Origin: Chitinophagales bacterium
GTDB taxonomy: Bacteria; Bacteroidota; Bacteroidia; Chitinophagales; LD1
Direction of reading: 5' to 3'
Length of the DNA stretch: 64,000 bases
Assembly: GCA_046329555.1 (NCBI GenBank)
Contig: JAXLUK010000005.1
Location: 188,801-252,800 of the forward strand
In this document: positions 30,201 through 39,470 of the stretch, piece by piece
How the letters are laid out: each line of letters begins with the position of its first letter
Position numbering within the stretch: the stretch's first letter is position 1
Made by a program: the position numbers and the translations under genes
The notes under the pieces: model-generated
What the model was told of the DNA's origin: nothing
The model's database searches: none
The model's input: the letters and a program-made list of their open reading frames with translations, nothing else

Positions 30201-31562
30201 TCTGTTTCTGGTGGAACTCCGGGATATACTTTCTCCTGGAATAATGGCGCATCATCTGAAGATATTACCAGCTTGGCGGGAGGTATTTATGTGGATACGA
30301 TTCGCGATGCCAATGGTTGCCGGGTCATTCTGAAGGATACGGTTAATGCTCCTTTAGCCCCTTTAAGTGGTGTGCTTGATTCGGTAAGAAATATTAAATG
30401 CCATGGCGCTGCTACCGGTGCTATTTTTACCACCGTTACCGGCGGTACCGCGCCTTATTCTTATCAATGGAGTCCGGCTGCAGCGAACGCCGGCGATGTG
30501 CAGAATCTGGTTGCCGGAACTTACTTCGCAACGGTGACCGACCGCAACGGTTGTACCTTCACCGCTCCTGTAGGTATTCCGGTTACTGAAAATCCGGCTA
30601 TTGTAATTACGGTAGATAGTTTGAGTCAGGTGCGGTGTAATGGCCAACAAAATGGGTCAATCTACATTAGCGTTTCCGGAGGAGCAGGCAGCACCTATAC
30701 ATATCATTGGAATAATGGCACTAATACCCAGGATTTGATTAATGTGAGCGCAGGAAACTACATCCTGGGTGTGACGGATAGTCTGGGATGCCAGACCAAT
30801 TCTTCTCCTCAAAATATTGTTCAGAATGCAGCCCTATTCGGATTGGTAGATAGCGTGGTGATGGTGAAATGTCACGGACAAGCTACTGGTGGGGTTTATG
30901 TAACAGTTACCGGCGGTAACGGTAATTACACCTACTTGTGGTCGAATGGCGCTGTAACGGCTGATTTGGCCGGCGTAGGTGCAGGTACCTATACAGGCAC
31001 TATTACCGATGGCAATGGCTGTACTTACAGTATTCCAACAGGAATAACCATTAGTGAGCCATCGTCAATTACTGTTACGGCTATTGTTAACAATGAAATT
31101 CAGAATGGGAATTCCGGAGCAATTAATGTAACGGTTAATGGTGGTATTACACCTTATATATTCTCGTGGGATAATGGTTCAGTTACTGAAGATATTTCCG
31201 GCTTAAGTGCGGGTACGTATCAAGTAACCGTTACTGATCGCAACGGCTGTACCGCTACGCGGTCTGACACCGTGAAATTGGTTGTAACCGGTATCAACGA
31301 AGAAGAAGTTATAGCTCGATGTGAAGTGTTCCCGAACCCGGCAGTAAGTACATTGTGGGTGAAACTGCTCATGCAACAAGAAGGTGCCGCAGAGGTAATG
31401 CTTGAAAACAGCGAAGGCCGCATAGCCATTGCACCTCAAGTGGTAGCAGGAAAAGAAGTAGCGCTTCAACTCGACGTTAACGCACTTCCGGCTGGCATGT
31501 ACCTGTTGCGCATTCGTGCGAACGACGGTGTAGCCGTGCGCCGAATCAGTATTGTGAAATAA
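27222..31562 (+). CDS. Giant T9SS-secreted adhesin with GEVED-like domain and six SprB-type repeats
   Basis: I prefer the ATG at 27222 (MKKYLLSCFLFCAAAAIQAQ). SGETEDYFV (GEVED-like). Six C.G..NG...V.GG..Y.Y.W......D...L.AG.Y...V.D.NGC repeats. C-terminal VFPNPAVSTLWVKL...GMYLLRIRAN sorting domain. Confidence 0.8.
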   Translation: MKKYLLSCFLFCAAAAIQAQVATNYVFSQFSGSYSPISGGTVLFTGSFDDDDPVQVVIPAFTIDGVAQTDMWVDPNGFIGFGGTGWFGGDSYTPLSSSSATLDAAAIIAPFGRDLENADAGSPEISWTTLGNEIVVQYQDVHRYRASTVTEQFSFQIRMNTVSGTIDVVYGDITGTSTATGLPQVGLRGPDNTFATNVNNRTVGTSGPWLASTSGTANNSTMEFNPPVWNPGDVFEWQLAPPCSGQPTLGTAQSTLTNVCPGQFFSLSLVSNPAGTAISYQWQVSSDSINFTDINGATSISYSDTQVATSYYRLVALCNPSGQSDTSSIVAIYQNPVTLCYCQDIGGSCGGRNITNVEIVSTTLNNASSCGTNALGSSQTTFPASGSSTATLNVGSTYTINVTIGGTSIASIWFDWDQSGTFDASEWTQIGTNLPAGVNTVSITVPNTATLGLTAMRIRTRSTGSANGSTDACTYFFSGETEDYFVTIANAVACTDPPVAGTISGPTSICPNLPFRLTLSGQTLGTTIQWQSSNDNISFSDIAGGVNPILNASGFSGTQYYRARINCSDTVYTNVLTINTAAPVAGTVSGPTVANAYTTGVFVLSGFSGDTIRWQFGFTPNGPFSNIGTNNDSLTVSLDVADTVYVRALVLNAGGCKDSTSPWSVIISLPGNDVCDALPIVLGTNGPFNNIAATTQAGEVVPPGLGCQRQDGWCNTSLSFSMWFRFVAPASGRVTIQSPDFDTQLALWQAPACDSLLSSTGAKLLFANDDDTAYASHSGVQYSSFITATCLNPGQTYYVQLDAYSTSTGDTTRIILTDMGALTSAFNGLDSVYCEGSANVIMRPVMSGGVFSGTGITDSTFSPVTAGIGTFQIKYKISACDSTVKTVRVVHKPVVMGTPAITDVPCRGGANGIINVTIDSGSAPYRSFWSNGATTEDLTAAAGVYRDSIADVYGCSVTAGPFTINEPASVVAATIDSTRHVDCFGNANGTVYVSVSGGTPGYTFSWNNGASSEDITSLAGGIYVDTIRDANGCRVILKDTVNAPLAPLSGVLDSVRNIKCHGAATGAIFTTVTGGTAPYSYQWSPAAANAGDVQNLVAGTYFATVTDRNGCTFTAPVGIPVTENPAIVITVDSLSQVRCNGQQNGSIYISVSGGAGSTYTYHWNNGTNTQDLINVSAGNYILGVTDSLGCQTNSSPQNIVQNAALFGLVDSVVMVKCHGQATGGVYVTVTGGNGNYTYLWSNGAVTADLAGVGAGTYTGTITDGNGCTYSIPTGITISEPSSITVTAIVNNEIQNGNSGAINVTVNGGITPYIFSWDNGSVTEDISGLSAGTYQVTVTDRNGCTATRSDTVKLVVTGINEEEVIARCEVFPNPAVSTLWVKLLMQQEGAAEVMLENSEGRIAIAPQVVAGKEVALQLDVNALPAGMYLLRIRANDGVAVRRISIVK

Positions 31563-32519
31563 TTACGCCTGGGGTTTATCCCATTGCGCCATTTTCTTTA
31601 GAACAGCTGGCAGTTGCTTCAAAGCGGCCAGCTGTTTTGCTGTAGTAACTACTTCATCACAAGGCGAGCCGAGATACGTTTTCCCAGCCTTCAAATTCAT
31701 GTTTACGTTACTGTCGCCTAAAACCGTAACGTGGTCTTCAATCACGATATTCTGCACTACGGCCGATTTGCCCATCATCTTCACGTGGTTACCGATGCGC
31801 GTGTTCCCCGCAATGCCTACTTGCGCACACAATAAACAGTGCGCTCCAATTTTTACATCATGCGCAAGCTGAACCAAATTGTCAATCTTGGTGCCATCGC
31901 CAATCACCGTGTCGCTGGAAACGCCCGCGTCTATTGTGGTGTTGGCGCCAATTTCAACATCGCTGCCAATTACCACCCGCCCAATCGAAAACATTTTTTC
32001 ATAATGAGTACCTCTGCTTTTGAAATAGAAAGCGTCACTGCCAATTACAACACCTGAATGAATGATGGTGTTGTTGCCAATTACTGTAAATGGCCCGATG
32101 CTCACATTGCTTCCGATAACACAATTTTCCCCGATGGTTACACCTTCCGCAATCGATGTGTTTTTTCCAATTCTGGTGCCCTCACCAATTACGGGATCAG
32201 GATGCCGGCGCGCACGCAGTAAGGCGGCATGGTATTGCGCATAAGCCAGTTGATTGTAACAAGAAAAAGGATCTTCTACCAGCAATAGGGTTTTGCCATC
32301 CGGCACTTCCATACGCGCATTAATGAAAATAACACTGCCCGCCGATTGTAGCGCTTTGGCATAATATTTTGCATGATCCACAAAGGTGATATCACCGGCC
32401 TCCGTATTGTTCATTTCATTAATACCGGTAATCATTCTTCCGCTATCACCTAAACAGGTGGCTTGAAACTGCGCGGCTACAGCTGACGCTACTAAGGGCT
32501 CTGATAATTTCATAATCAA
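31563..32519 (-). CDS. lpxD: UDP-3-O-acylglucosamine N-acyltransferase
   Basis: Hexapeptide left-handed beta-helix repeats after an LpxD-type N-terminal domain. 318 aa. Confidence 0.8.
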   Translation of the reverse strand: MIMKLSEPLVASAVAAQFQATCLGDSGRMITGINEMNNTEAGDITFVDHAKYYAKALQSAGSVIFINARMEVPDGKTLLLVEDPFSCYNQLAYAQYHAALLRARRHPDPVIGEGTRIGKNTSIAEGVTIGENCVIGSNVSIGPFTVIGNNTIIHSGVVIGSDAFYFKSRGTHYEKMFSIGRVVIGSDVEIGANTTIDAGVSSDTVIGDGTKIDNLVQLAHDVKIGAHCLLCAQVGIAGNTRIGNHVKMMGKSAVVQNIVIEDHVTVLGDSNVNMNLKAGKTYLGSPCDEVVTTAKQLAALKQLPAVLKKMAQWDKPQA

Positions 32520-33794
32520 TTATTGATTCATCCAATCATGCCAATACCCAGCTTTGTAAGGATATCGCTGCAAATACAACAACTTCACTTTTTCGAAAAT
32601 TTTCTCGCGTAACTCAGAAGTGTTTCGATTCTGTGTGGCCGACATGAAAATCACATTGTCGTTCGTTTTCGCCATCCACGAATCCTGCAATTCTTTCAAC
32701 AGCGATTTTTTTATTTCTGCCGGAAGAAACTCATCAAACTTCTTCTGTTCATACAAATCCATTTTGTTGAACACAATAATTACCGGCTTATCCTTCGCCC
32801 CTAATTCTTCCAAAATCTCATTCACCACCCGCATTTGCTCTTCAAATGCATTGTGCGAGATATCTACCACATGCAACAGAATATCGGCCTCCAGTGTTTC
32901 ATCTAAAGTAGATTTAAAACTTTCTACCAAATGATGCGGCAACTTCCTGATAAACCCTACCGTATCACTCAGCAAAAACGGAATGGCATTAAACACCACC
33001 TTCCGAACGGTGGTGTCAAGCGTTGCAAACAATTTATTCTCGGCAAACACCTGCTCTTTTGCCAAAACATTCATCAGCGTACTCTTACCTACGTTGGTAT
33101 AGCCTACCAACGCCACCCGAATCATTTCCGCGCGGTTCTTTCGCCGCGTTTCATTTTGCTTATCTATCTCTTTTAACTTCTGCTTCAGCAAAGAAATTTT
33201 CTTCTCCGCCATTCGCCTATCGGTCTCAATTTCCTTTTCACCGGCTCCACCGCGCGTTCCTGTGCCGCCTCGCTGCCGCTCCAGGTGCGTCCACATCCCT
33301 TTTAATCGCGGTAACATATACTGCAATTGCGCCAATTCTACCTGCGTGCGCGCCTGCACCGTCTGCGCCCGGTTCGAAAAAATTTCCAAAATCAACATCG
33401 AACGATCCAACACCTTCCGCTTCACCAATTGTTCCAGATTGCGCAGTTGCGAGGGCGAAATCTCATCGTCTATAATCAGTAAATCTACCTGCTTCTCTTC
33501 AATATATGCCGCAATTTCCTCGGCCTTGCCTTTTCCCAGAAAAGTTTTGTTGTCAGGCATGGGTAACTTCTGCCAGAACTTTTTTACCGTGCTAATACCC
33601 GCCGTTGCGGCAAGAAATTCTAACTCATCCAGATATTCTGTCAACTGCTCTTCTGTTTGCTGCCGGGTTACTAAACCCGCCAACACCGCCTTTTCTATTC
33701 TTACCGTCTTATTTTCTATCACTCCACGAAAGTAGAATTTTCGCAGCTTTATTACTTTCGCTTTATGAATCTTGATTTCTCGGTCTTCGCCCAC
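32520..33794 (-). CDS. hflX: GTPase HflX (start codon uncertain)
   Basis: HflX N-domain GKGKAEEI. G1 GYTNVGKST and G3 DTVGFI. The ORF-track start overlaps the divergent terC-like start by 30 nt. Confidence 0.9.
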   Translation of the reverse strand: MGEDREIKIHKAKVIKLRKFYFRGVIENKTVRIEKAVLAGLVTRQQTEEQLTEYLDELEFLAATAGISTVKKFWQKLPMPDNKTFLGKGKAEEIAAYIEEKQVDLLIIDDEISPSQLRNLEQLVKRKVLDRSMLILEIFSNRAQTVQARTQVELAQLQYMLPRLKGMWTHLERQRGGTGTRGGAGEKEIETDRRMAEKKISLLKQKLKEIDKQNETRRKNRAEMIRVALVGYTNVGKSTLMNVLAKEQVFAENKLFATLDTTVRKVVFNAIPFLLSDTVGFIRKLPHHLVESFKSTLDETLEADILLHVVDISHNAFEEQMRVVNEILEELGAKDKPVIIVFNKMDLYEQKKFDEFLPAEIKKSLLKELQDSWMAKTNDNVIFMSATQNRNTSELREKIFEKVKLLYLQRYPYKAGYWHDWMNQ

Positions 33795-34508
33795 GCCTCG
33801 GCCTGGGTGAGTTTGCTTACGTTAACTTTTCTGGAAATTGTTTTGGGGGTAGATAACATCATCTTCATTTCCATCGTTACTCAAAAACTGCCGCCCGATG
33901 TTCGGAAGAAAGGCCAGAACCTGGGTCTTTTCATCGCCATGTTGTTGCGCATCATCCTGTTATTCTTTTTGGGATGGATTATGGGACTGGAGAGTAATTT
34001 GCTGCCGGAAAGCTTTGGATTTGAATTGAGCGGAAAGGGATTGATCTTGTTACTGGGTGGCGTGTTTCTGATTTATAAATCTACTACAGAAATTCACCAC
34101 AAAATGACGGGTGATGACGATGAATTTCACGAAGAAAATCCATCGAAGCGTAGTTCCTTTTTTTCTGTTTTAATTCAGATCGCTATTCTGAACATTGTGT
34201 TCTCATTCGACTCTATTCTCACGGCTATCGGCATTGCTGATCAGATTGCCATTATGATTGTTGCCGTCATTCTCTCCATCTTGGTGATGATGGTGTTCAC
34301 CGACCCGGTAAGTAAGTTGGTGAACAAATATCCTACCTTACAAATGCTGGCCTTATCATTCCTGATCATGATTGGCGTCACGCTGATCATGGAAGGCTTT
34401 GGCCGACATGTAGAAAAGAATTTCGTTTATGTTTCAGTGGCCTTCTCGTTAATTGTAGAAGTGCTCAATATCCGGTTGCGGAAGAAGCAGGCGGCATTAA
34501 AAAAGTAG
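33765..34508 (+). CDS. TerC-family integral membrane protein
   Basis: LEIVLGVDNIIFISI motif, repeated in the second half (FSFDSILTAIG). Seven hydrophobic segments. Confidence 0.85.
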   Translation: MNLDFSVFAHASAWVSLLTLTFLEIVLGVDNIIFISIVTQKLPPDVRKKGQNLGLFIAMLLRIILLFFLGWIMGLESNLLPESFGFELSGKGLILLLGGVFLIYKSTTEIHHKMTGDDDEFHEENPSKRSSFFSVLIQIAILNIVFSFDSILTAIGIADQIAIMIVAVILSILVMMVFTDPVSKLVNKYPTLQMLALSFLIMIGVTLIMEGFGRHVEKNFVYVSVAFSLIVEVLNIRLRKKQAALKK

Positions 34509-35869
34509 TGATGAGTAATCAGGCTCAGACCCGGCTTTTAGTAGCGCTGATGGTGCTGGCCTTGTTTCCATATATTGTACTGAGCGCTTTTGCTTTTCCA
34601 ATGGCCGACGATTTTTGTTTTGCCTGGGAAGCCTCAAAATATACAACCTTATGGGATGCGTTAGTGGCCACCTACAAACACTGGACCGGGCGCTATACGG
34701 CAGCAGCATTAGTATTGTGGAACCCTTTCATGCACGCACCGCTTTGGATGTATCAAACCGCCGCCGCTGGCGTCATCGTTTCCGGCGTTTTGATGTACCG
34801 CTTGCTCACTGGTATTTTTCTGGAAGATAAACTATGGGCGTGGATGGCGGCCTTGTCAATGCAATTGCTGTGGTTACATAGCATGCCGGTACTGAGCGAA
34901 GGCGTGCTGTGGTACAACGGATACGGCGTATACTACGCAGGTATGGTTTTCTTCGCGGCATTGCTGTACAGCTTGTATCGAAGTGCCCGCACCGCTTATT
35001 GGCTGTTACCGGCTATAGCCTTTATGGCGCTGGCCATTGGTTGCAATGAACCTATGGCATTGTTGGTGCTATGGACCCTCTTGCTGCTGCGCCAAAAATT
35101 ATCGCGGCAAGTGTGGTTGCTGCTGTTCATCATAGCGCTGTCATGTACAGCTATGGTGGTACTTGCTCCGGGCAATAGCGCCCGCGCGGGCCACGCACCT
35201 ACCTCAGCCAATTGGATAAAGGCCATCGTCATGTCGCATGCGCAGATGATTCGCTTTTTAGCGCAATGGTTGGGTACCGCGCCCATGGCCATTGGGCTGC
35301 TCATCGCCGCTGCACATCCAACTGAACAAATCAGCAGGTTATTGAAAGGATGGTCGGCCTGGCCATTTTTACTTACTATATACATCACCTTGCTGGCCGC
35401 CATATTGTTGCCGTATTGGTTTACGGGCATGTTGGGTCAGCAGCGTACATTAAACGTAGCACTCGCCATCATCATGCCGCTTTCGGTATTAACCGTGGCG
35501 AAATGGTCGATGCAGTATCAGTGGCACAAGCACTTGTCGTTTCTTAAAGGAAGCGTATTGCGATACACCGTGGCCTCAGCCTTGGTATTAGCGCTATTTA
35601 CCGGCAACAGCGCGAAAATTGCGTACGATTTTTCTACCAACACCTTGCCGCTATATCGCGCAGAAAAAATTCAACGCCACCGGCAATTGATGCAGCAGCA
35701 AGATGATGCCCTTTTACATACCCCCATACAACACCGGCCTACCAGTATATTTTTATACGATGAAAGCGATCCGAAAATTTGGTGGACGGTAAAATGTGAA
35801 GCGGAATATTATCAGATGAAGCGCGCTGAAACTACTTCTTCGTTACAAAATACACCCCGCCCAGAATAA
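34508..35869 (+). CDS. Polytopic membrane protein of unknown function (possibly glycosyltransferase-C-like)
   Basis: About 12 hydrophobic segments. N-terminal FPMADDFCF motif. GTG at 34508 or ATG at 34511. Confidence 0.45.
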   Translation: MMSNQAQTRLLVALMVLALFPYIVLSAFAFPMADDFCFAWEASKYTTLWDALVATYKHWTGRYTAAALVLWNPFMHAPLWMYQTAAAGVIVSGVLMYRLLTGIFLEDKLWAWMAALSMQLLWLHSMPVLSEGVLWYNGYGVYYAGMVFFAALLYSLYRSARTAYWLLPAIAFMALAIGCNEPMALLVLWTLLLLRQKLSRQVWLLLFIIALSCTAMVVLAPGNSARAGHAPTSANWIKAIVMSHAQMIRFLAQWLGTAPMAIGLLIAAAHPTEQISRLLKGWSAWPFLLTIYITLLAAILLPYWFTGMLGQQRTLNVALAIIMPLSVLTVAKWSMQYQWHKHLSFLKGSVLRYTVASALVLALFTGNSAKIAYDFSTNTLPLYRAEKIQRHRQLMQQQDDALLHTPIQHRPTSIFLYDESDPKIWWTVKCEAEYYQMKRAETTSSLQNTPRPE

Positions 35870-36713
35870 GCGCCAATCCCAGCAACTGTACGGCTTCCAG
35901 TTGTTCGCCATCTACCAAACCCCAACCTATCGCCATCAGTGGAATTAAATACGTTACCGATGCAGCAAACAACGCATCGGTTTGTTGCACCAGGCGGTAG
36001 TACAAAATCCACCCAATCACGGTGCCGAAAAACGATAAAGCAAACAAGCAGGCCGTTCCTTTCCAGAAAAAGGGTGAAGCATAAGCCTGATGCGCATCTG
36101 TGAAAAATAAAACAGGCAAGCTCACACCGCCTAAAAAAAGCATGGCCATGGCGGTTACTTCTATCGCATTCGCATACGCAAAATGCTGCTTGATAAAATT
36201 TGAATTCATGCCATACATCAAGGTGGCCACCATCGGAAACAATGCATACGAAGCATCGCCTGTAAGCTGCCAACCACTACGCCCTAACACCAACACTACC
36301 GCTCCGGCTAAGCCAATAAATACACCGGCCACTTTACGCGGTGTTATCGCTACCTTCCAAATCAATGCGCCGGTAATGACTGTAAACAAAGGGGATAGCG
36401 AATTGATAATACCATTCATAGCGCTGCTGGTCTTCGTCATGGCGTAAGCAAACAAAAAGGCAGGTACCCCACTGGCTAACAAACCGGTGGCCATCACTTT
36501 CCAGTAATCGCGCACCGAAATGTTTTTGATGGCCTTGGGCAAAAAGGGCATGCAGCAGAGCATCGAAAACACCATTCGCAAGGCCGCCAATTGCAAGGGC
36601 TGATAAACCAGCAGCGCTTTTTTAATGAGGATGTACGAGGTGCCCCAGATCAACATCAAACTCAGTAGTAACACCCATTGTTCGCGCCCTGGCTTATGCA
36701 TCATGCGAAACAA
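35832..36713 (-). CDS. EamA/DMT-family transporter
   Basis: Ten TM segments in two EamA-like halves. 293 aa. 3' end overlaps the convergent upstream gene by 38 nt. Confidence 0.8.
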   Translation of the reverse strand: MFRMMHKPGREQWVLLLSLMLIWGTSYILIKKALLVYQPLQLAALRMVFSMLCCMPFLPKAIKNISVRDYWKVMATGLLASGVPAFLFAYAMTKTSSAMNGIINSLSPLFTVITGALIWKVAITPRKVAGVFIGLAGAVVLVLGRSGWQLTGDASYALFPMVATLMYGMNSNFIKQHFAYANAIEVTAMAMLFLGGVSLPVLFFTDAHQAYASPFFWKGTACLFALSFFGTVIGWILYYRLVQQTDALFAASVTYLIPLMAIGWGLVDGEQLEAVQLLGLALILGGVYFVTKK

Positions 36714-36742
36714 GAAAATTATTGCGGTTTCGTTATCATTGA

Positions 36743-37849
36743 GTGGTGATACGCCGTTTAATCATGGTCTTCAATGCCGTTGCCTGGGTGCTGCTGGTAC
36801 TGGCGGTTGCGGCCTGTTATGTTAGTCCTGCCAAATGCTGGTGGCTGGCGTTGTTTGGTTTAGGGTATTGGCTATGGTGGCTGCTGGTGGTAGCGGGCAC
36901 CATACTGCTGGTGCTGTTGCGCACCAAATGGGTAATGGTGAATGTGGTGCTTTTGCTCATCACCTGGCCCTTTACGCAACTTGTTTTCGGGTGGCCGGGT
37001 AAACAAATGGCATCGCGCAGCGCACCAAATTCACTTTCCGTATTAACCTATAATGTGAAGAATTTTGATTTGTATAACTGGACCGGCAACCGGCAAACCA
37101 GGCAACATATTTTTGATGTACTGCAGCGCGAACAGCCCGATATCATTTGCTTTCAGGAATTTTACACCGATTCGCTGACCTATCGAAATCTGAGCTATGT
37201 AGCGGATTCGTTGCACTATCCCTTTCATTTTTTCAAACCCTCGTATTCCTACTATTACGAAAACAGCCATCATCAAGACGGACAAACACTCAGCTGGGGA
37301 CTGGCCATTTTTTCGCGGTATCCGGTGGTTGATTCTGGTGTAGTGTCATTCGAAGGCACCGGAAGCGGTCAGGCTATTTACGCCGATGTGTTGAAAGGCG
37401 CTGAACGATTGCGGATTTACAACACGCATTTGCACAGTATTCATTTAGGGTATGATGATTACGATACGCTCGACGAATTGCGTGAAACGCAGAACACACA
37501 ATGGTTTCGGGTGAAAAACATTTTGCGAAAGATGCGCAATGCCTACCGCCGCCGGGCGTTGCAAGCTGAACGGTTGGCAAAAGCCATCCACGAATATTCC
37601 GGAAAGAAATTGGTGTGCGGCGATTTTAATGATCCGCCAACTTCCTACTCGGCTGCGCAAATTTCCGCTTCCATGAACGATATGTTTAAAGATCTGGGAA
37701 CCGGTTTTGGAAACACGTATTTAAACAGATTCGGTTTTTTTAGAATCGACTACGTATTGTACAGCAATGGAATCACGCCGCTGTCGTATCAAATACTTCC
37801 CGATGCCTGCTCTGATCACTATCCGGTAAAAGCGCAGCTAGCCTGGTAA
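36743..37849 (+). CDS. Endonuclease/exonuclease/phosphatase (EEP) family protein with N-terminal TM anchors
   Basis: LSVLTYNVKNF, CFQEF, GDFND and SDHYPV are the EEP catalytic motifs. GTG start. Confidence 0.75.
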   Translation: MVIRRLIMVFNAVAWVLLVLAVAACYVSPAKCWWLALFGLGYWLWWLLVVAGTILLVLLRTKWVMVNVVLLLITWPFTQLVFGWPGKQMASRSAPNSLSVLTYNVKNFDLYNWTGNRQTRQHIFDVLQREQPDIICFQEFYTDSLTYRNLSYVADSLHYPFHFFKPSYSYYYENSHHQDGQTLSWGLAIFSRYPVVDSGVVSFEGTGSGQAIYADVLKGAERLRIYNTHLHSIHLGYDDYDTLDELRETQNTQWFRVKNILRKMRNAYRRRALQAERLAKAIHEYSGKKLVCGDFNDPPTSYSAAQISASMNDMFKDLGTGFGNTYLNRFGFFRIDYVLYSNGITPLSYQILPDACSDHYPVKAQLAW

Positions 37850-37895
37850 GTAAGCATGGGTGATACGTTGCGGCAGCAGCATAAAATTTCCATGA

Positions 37896-38380
37896 TTTTT
37901 TTGGGCGTTCCCCTTCGCACCGCTAAGGAATGTAGCGCGGTGTTCACAACAGTTTGCTACAAGCGGTGCTCAGGGTCGCGTGCGCTCGGGCTACGCCCGC
38001 TGTGGCGGGCTTCGGTGCTTTCCGCCGATGGCGGATGCGCACGGCCTTCGCTGCGCTGCGGCCCCCTGTTGCCCGCTAACGCGAATGGGGGCTATCAAAA
38101 ATTAATAAGGAACTCAGGTGCTGTACGGGTGGCATTTAAGCAGATGGTATTCAAGGCGCGCATTCACGACCCCGGCGGGGTCGCATATCCATCGGCAATT
38201 TTTGATAACGCGCACCCATCGTGGTTTGCGCCGAGCGTGAGGTGGCGAAGTGAAAAGCCCGCAAGCGAGCGAGGAACGAGCGAGTGCGGACTTGTAACGA
38301 AGCAACCGACCCCGAAGGCAGCGATGGGTTATTTCAATAACGCGCCCGGTGCCGCTGCCTGAGGGGGCACGCCAAAAAAA
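37896..38380. repeat. Two GC-rich ~200-bp elements in inverted orientation (island 3)
   Basis: Element A (37896-38103, plus) runs from TTTTTTTGGGCGTTCCCCTTC to TATCAAAAATT. Element B (38380-38197, minus) runs from TTTTTTTGGCGTGCCCCCTC to TATCAAAAATT. Both are full of short GC hairpins (CCCGCtgtgGCGGG, TCCGCCgatGGCGGA, CGACCCCggcGGGGTCG). Confidence 0.6.
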
Positions 38381-38382
38381 TC

Positions 38383-38817
38383 TTATCGCATCCTGGGGCC
38401 ACCCTCGCGGCGTTCGCGTAATACGCGCACTAAGTCGCGCTTGAAATTCTCTTCGGTGCGCGCCAGCCGGTTCACTTTCTCTTTGCCAATACACTGCTCG
38501 AACTGCGGCTTGTAACGCTTCTTCAAATCCAATTTCTTCTGCTCAAATTCCAATTGCTGATCGGCCGTCAAATCAGCCCCCTTGCCGCCAAAATTCTGCC
38601 TTAAGGTTCTTAAATCATGGTGAAACTGATTATACACCGGCCAGAACCGCTGCGCCTCTTCGGGCGACAACTGCAACTGGTTGGTGATGTAGGCTACCCG
38701 CAGCGCCTCTACCCGCTCGTGCCGCGCACCGCCCTCGCCGCCTGCAGGAGCCGGCGTTTGCGCCATAGCGCTATAGCCTACCAGCAGCACTATTACAAAA
38801 AACCAATTCGTTTTCAT
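38383..38817 (-). CDS. Periplasmic helical protein (Spy/CpxP-like), third gene of ECF sigma module
   Basis: Signal peptide MKTNWFFVIVLLVGYSAMAQ. LSPEEAQRFWPVY motif and charged helical sequence. Confidence 0.45.
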   Translation of the reverse strand: MKTNWFFVIVLLVGYSAMAQTPAPAGGEGGARHERVEALRVAYITNQLQLSPEEAQRFWPVYNQFHHDLRTLRQNFGGKGADLTADQQLEFEQKKLDLKKRYKPQFEQCIGKEKVNRLARTEENFKRDLVRVLRERREGGPRMR

Positions 38818-38831
38818 ACGTAAAAATTTAT

Positions 38832-39440
38832 TCAGTCAATACTTTCGTTTTCTAAAGCCGTCAAATCATTTTCCTCCAAATTGCTCAACACATCAATATC
38901 ATTCGTTCCTTTCTGCAACAAATTCTCGTCGAACTCATCGGTATGCTGATCAATATACAGCGCAATTTCCTGATTGCTGAGTTGGTATAAATCAGCCTGC
39001 GGTACATTTTGCGGACCAGAGTAAAACACCGAACCCGCCATTATCACGCCGGTAAAAGCAGCCGCTACTAGGGCCAAACGCGGCTGGTACAACCCGTGCT
39101 GAATAGCGTCGGTTAGTTGTTGCAAACGCTGTTTCAGCACCTGCTGCCATTGCGGCTGCGCCTTTTTCTCTGATTGGTGAATACGCTGCATCACCGCTGG
39201 CGCAACTCCTTCAAAATAACCTTTTGGAACCGCATCCTGCGCGCCTTTATCCAGCGCCGCCAACTGCCGGAAGGCCGCCAGTTCATCGGCCACTTCTTCT
39301 TTGCGGATGCGCAGCAACAACTGCTCGCGCTGCGCCGCAAAGTAGCCCTCAGGCGCCTGGTAATGAGGGCGCAGCCGGCTGGCCAGCAAGGGCGCTACAG
39401 CCTTCAGTTCCTCAGCAATATGGTTACTTAAATGGTTCAC
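38832..39440 (-). CDS. Putative anti-sigma factor (single-pass membrane protein)
   Basis: Immediately downstream of the ECF sigma gene. One TM segment, LALVAAAFTGVIMAGSVFY. Confidence 0.45.
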   Translation of the reverse strand: MNHLSNHIAEELKAVAPLLASRLRPHYQAPEGYFAAQREQLLLRIRKEEVADELAAFRQLAALDKGAQDAVPKGYFEGVAPAVMQRIHQSEKKAQPQWQQVLKQRLQQLTDAIQHGLYQPRLALVAAAFTGVIMAGSVFYSGPQNVPQADLYQLSNQEIALYIDQHTDEFDENLLQKGTNDIDVLSNLEENDLTALENESID

Positions 39441-39470
39441 GTCAATAGGACAATAACTATAGCGAAAGGT

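Noticed and set aside
37856-38494. ORFs of 168 aa (plus) and 126 aa (minus) in the 37.9-38.4 kb GC-rich region. Similar ORFs occur at 6737-7209, 9892-10152 and 43873-44188.
   Set aside because: They lie entirely in the GC-rich repeat islands. They are Arg/Ala/Gly/Pro-rich low-complexity translations, overlap each other on both strands, and lack any motif. Open frames are expected by chance in high-GC DNA.
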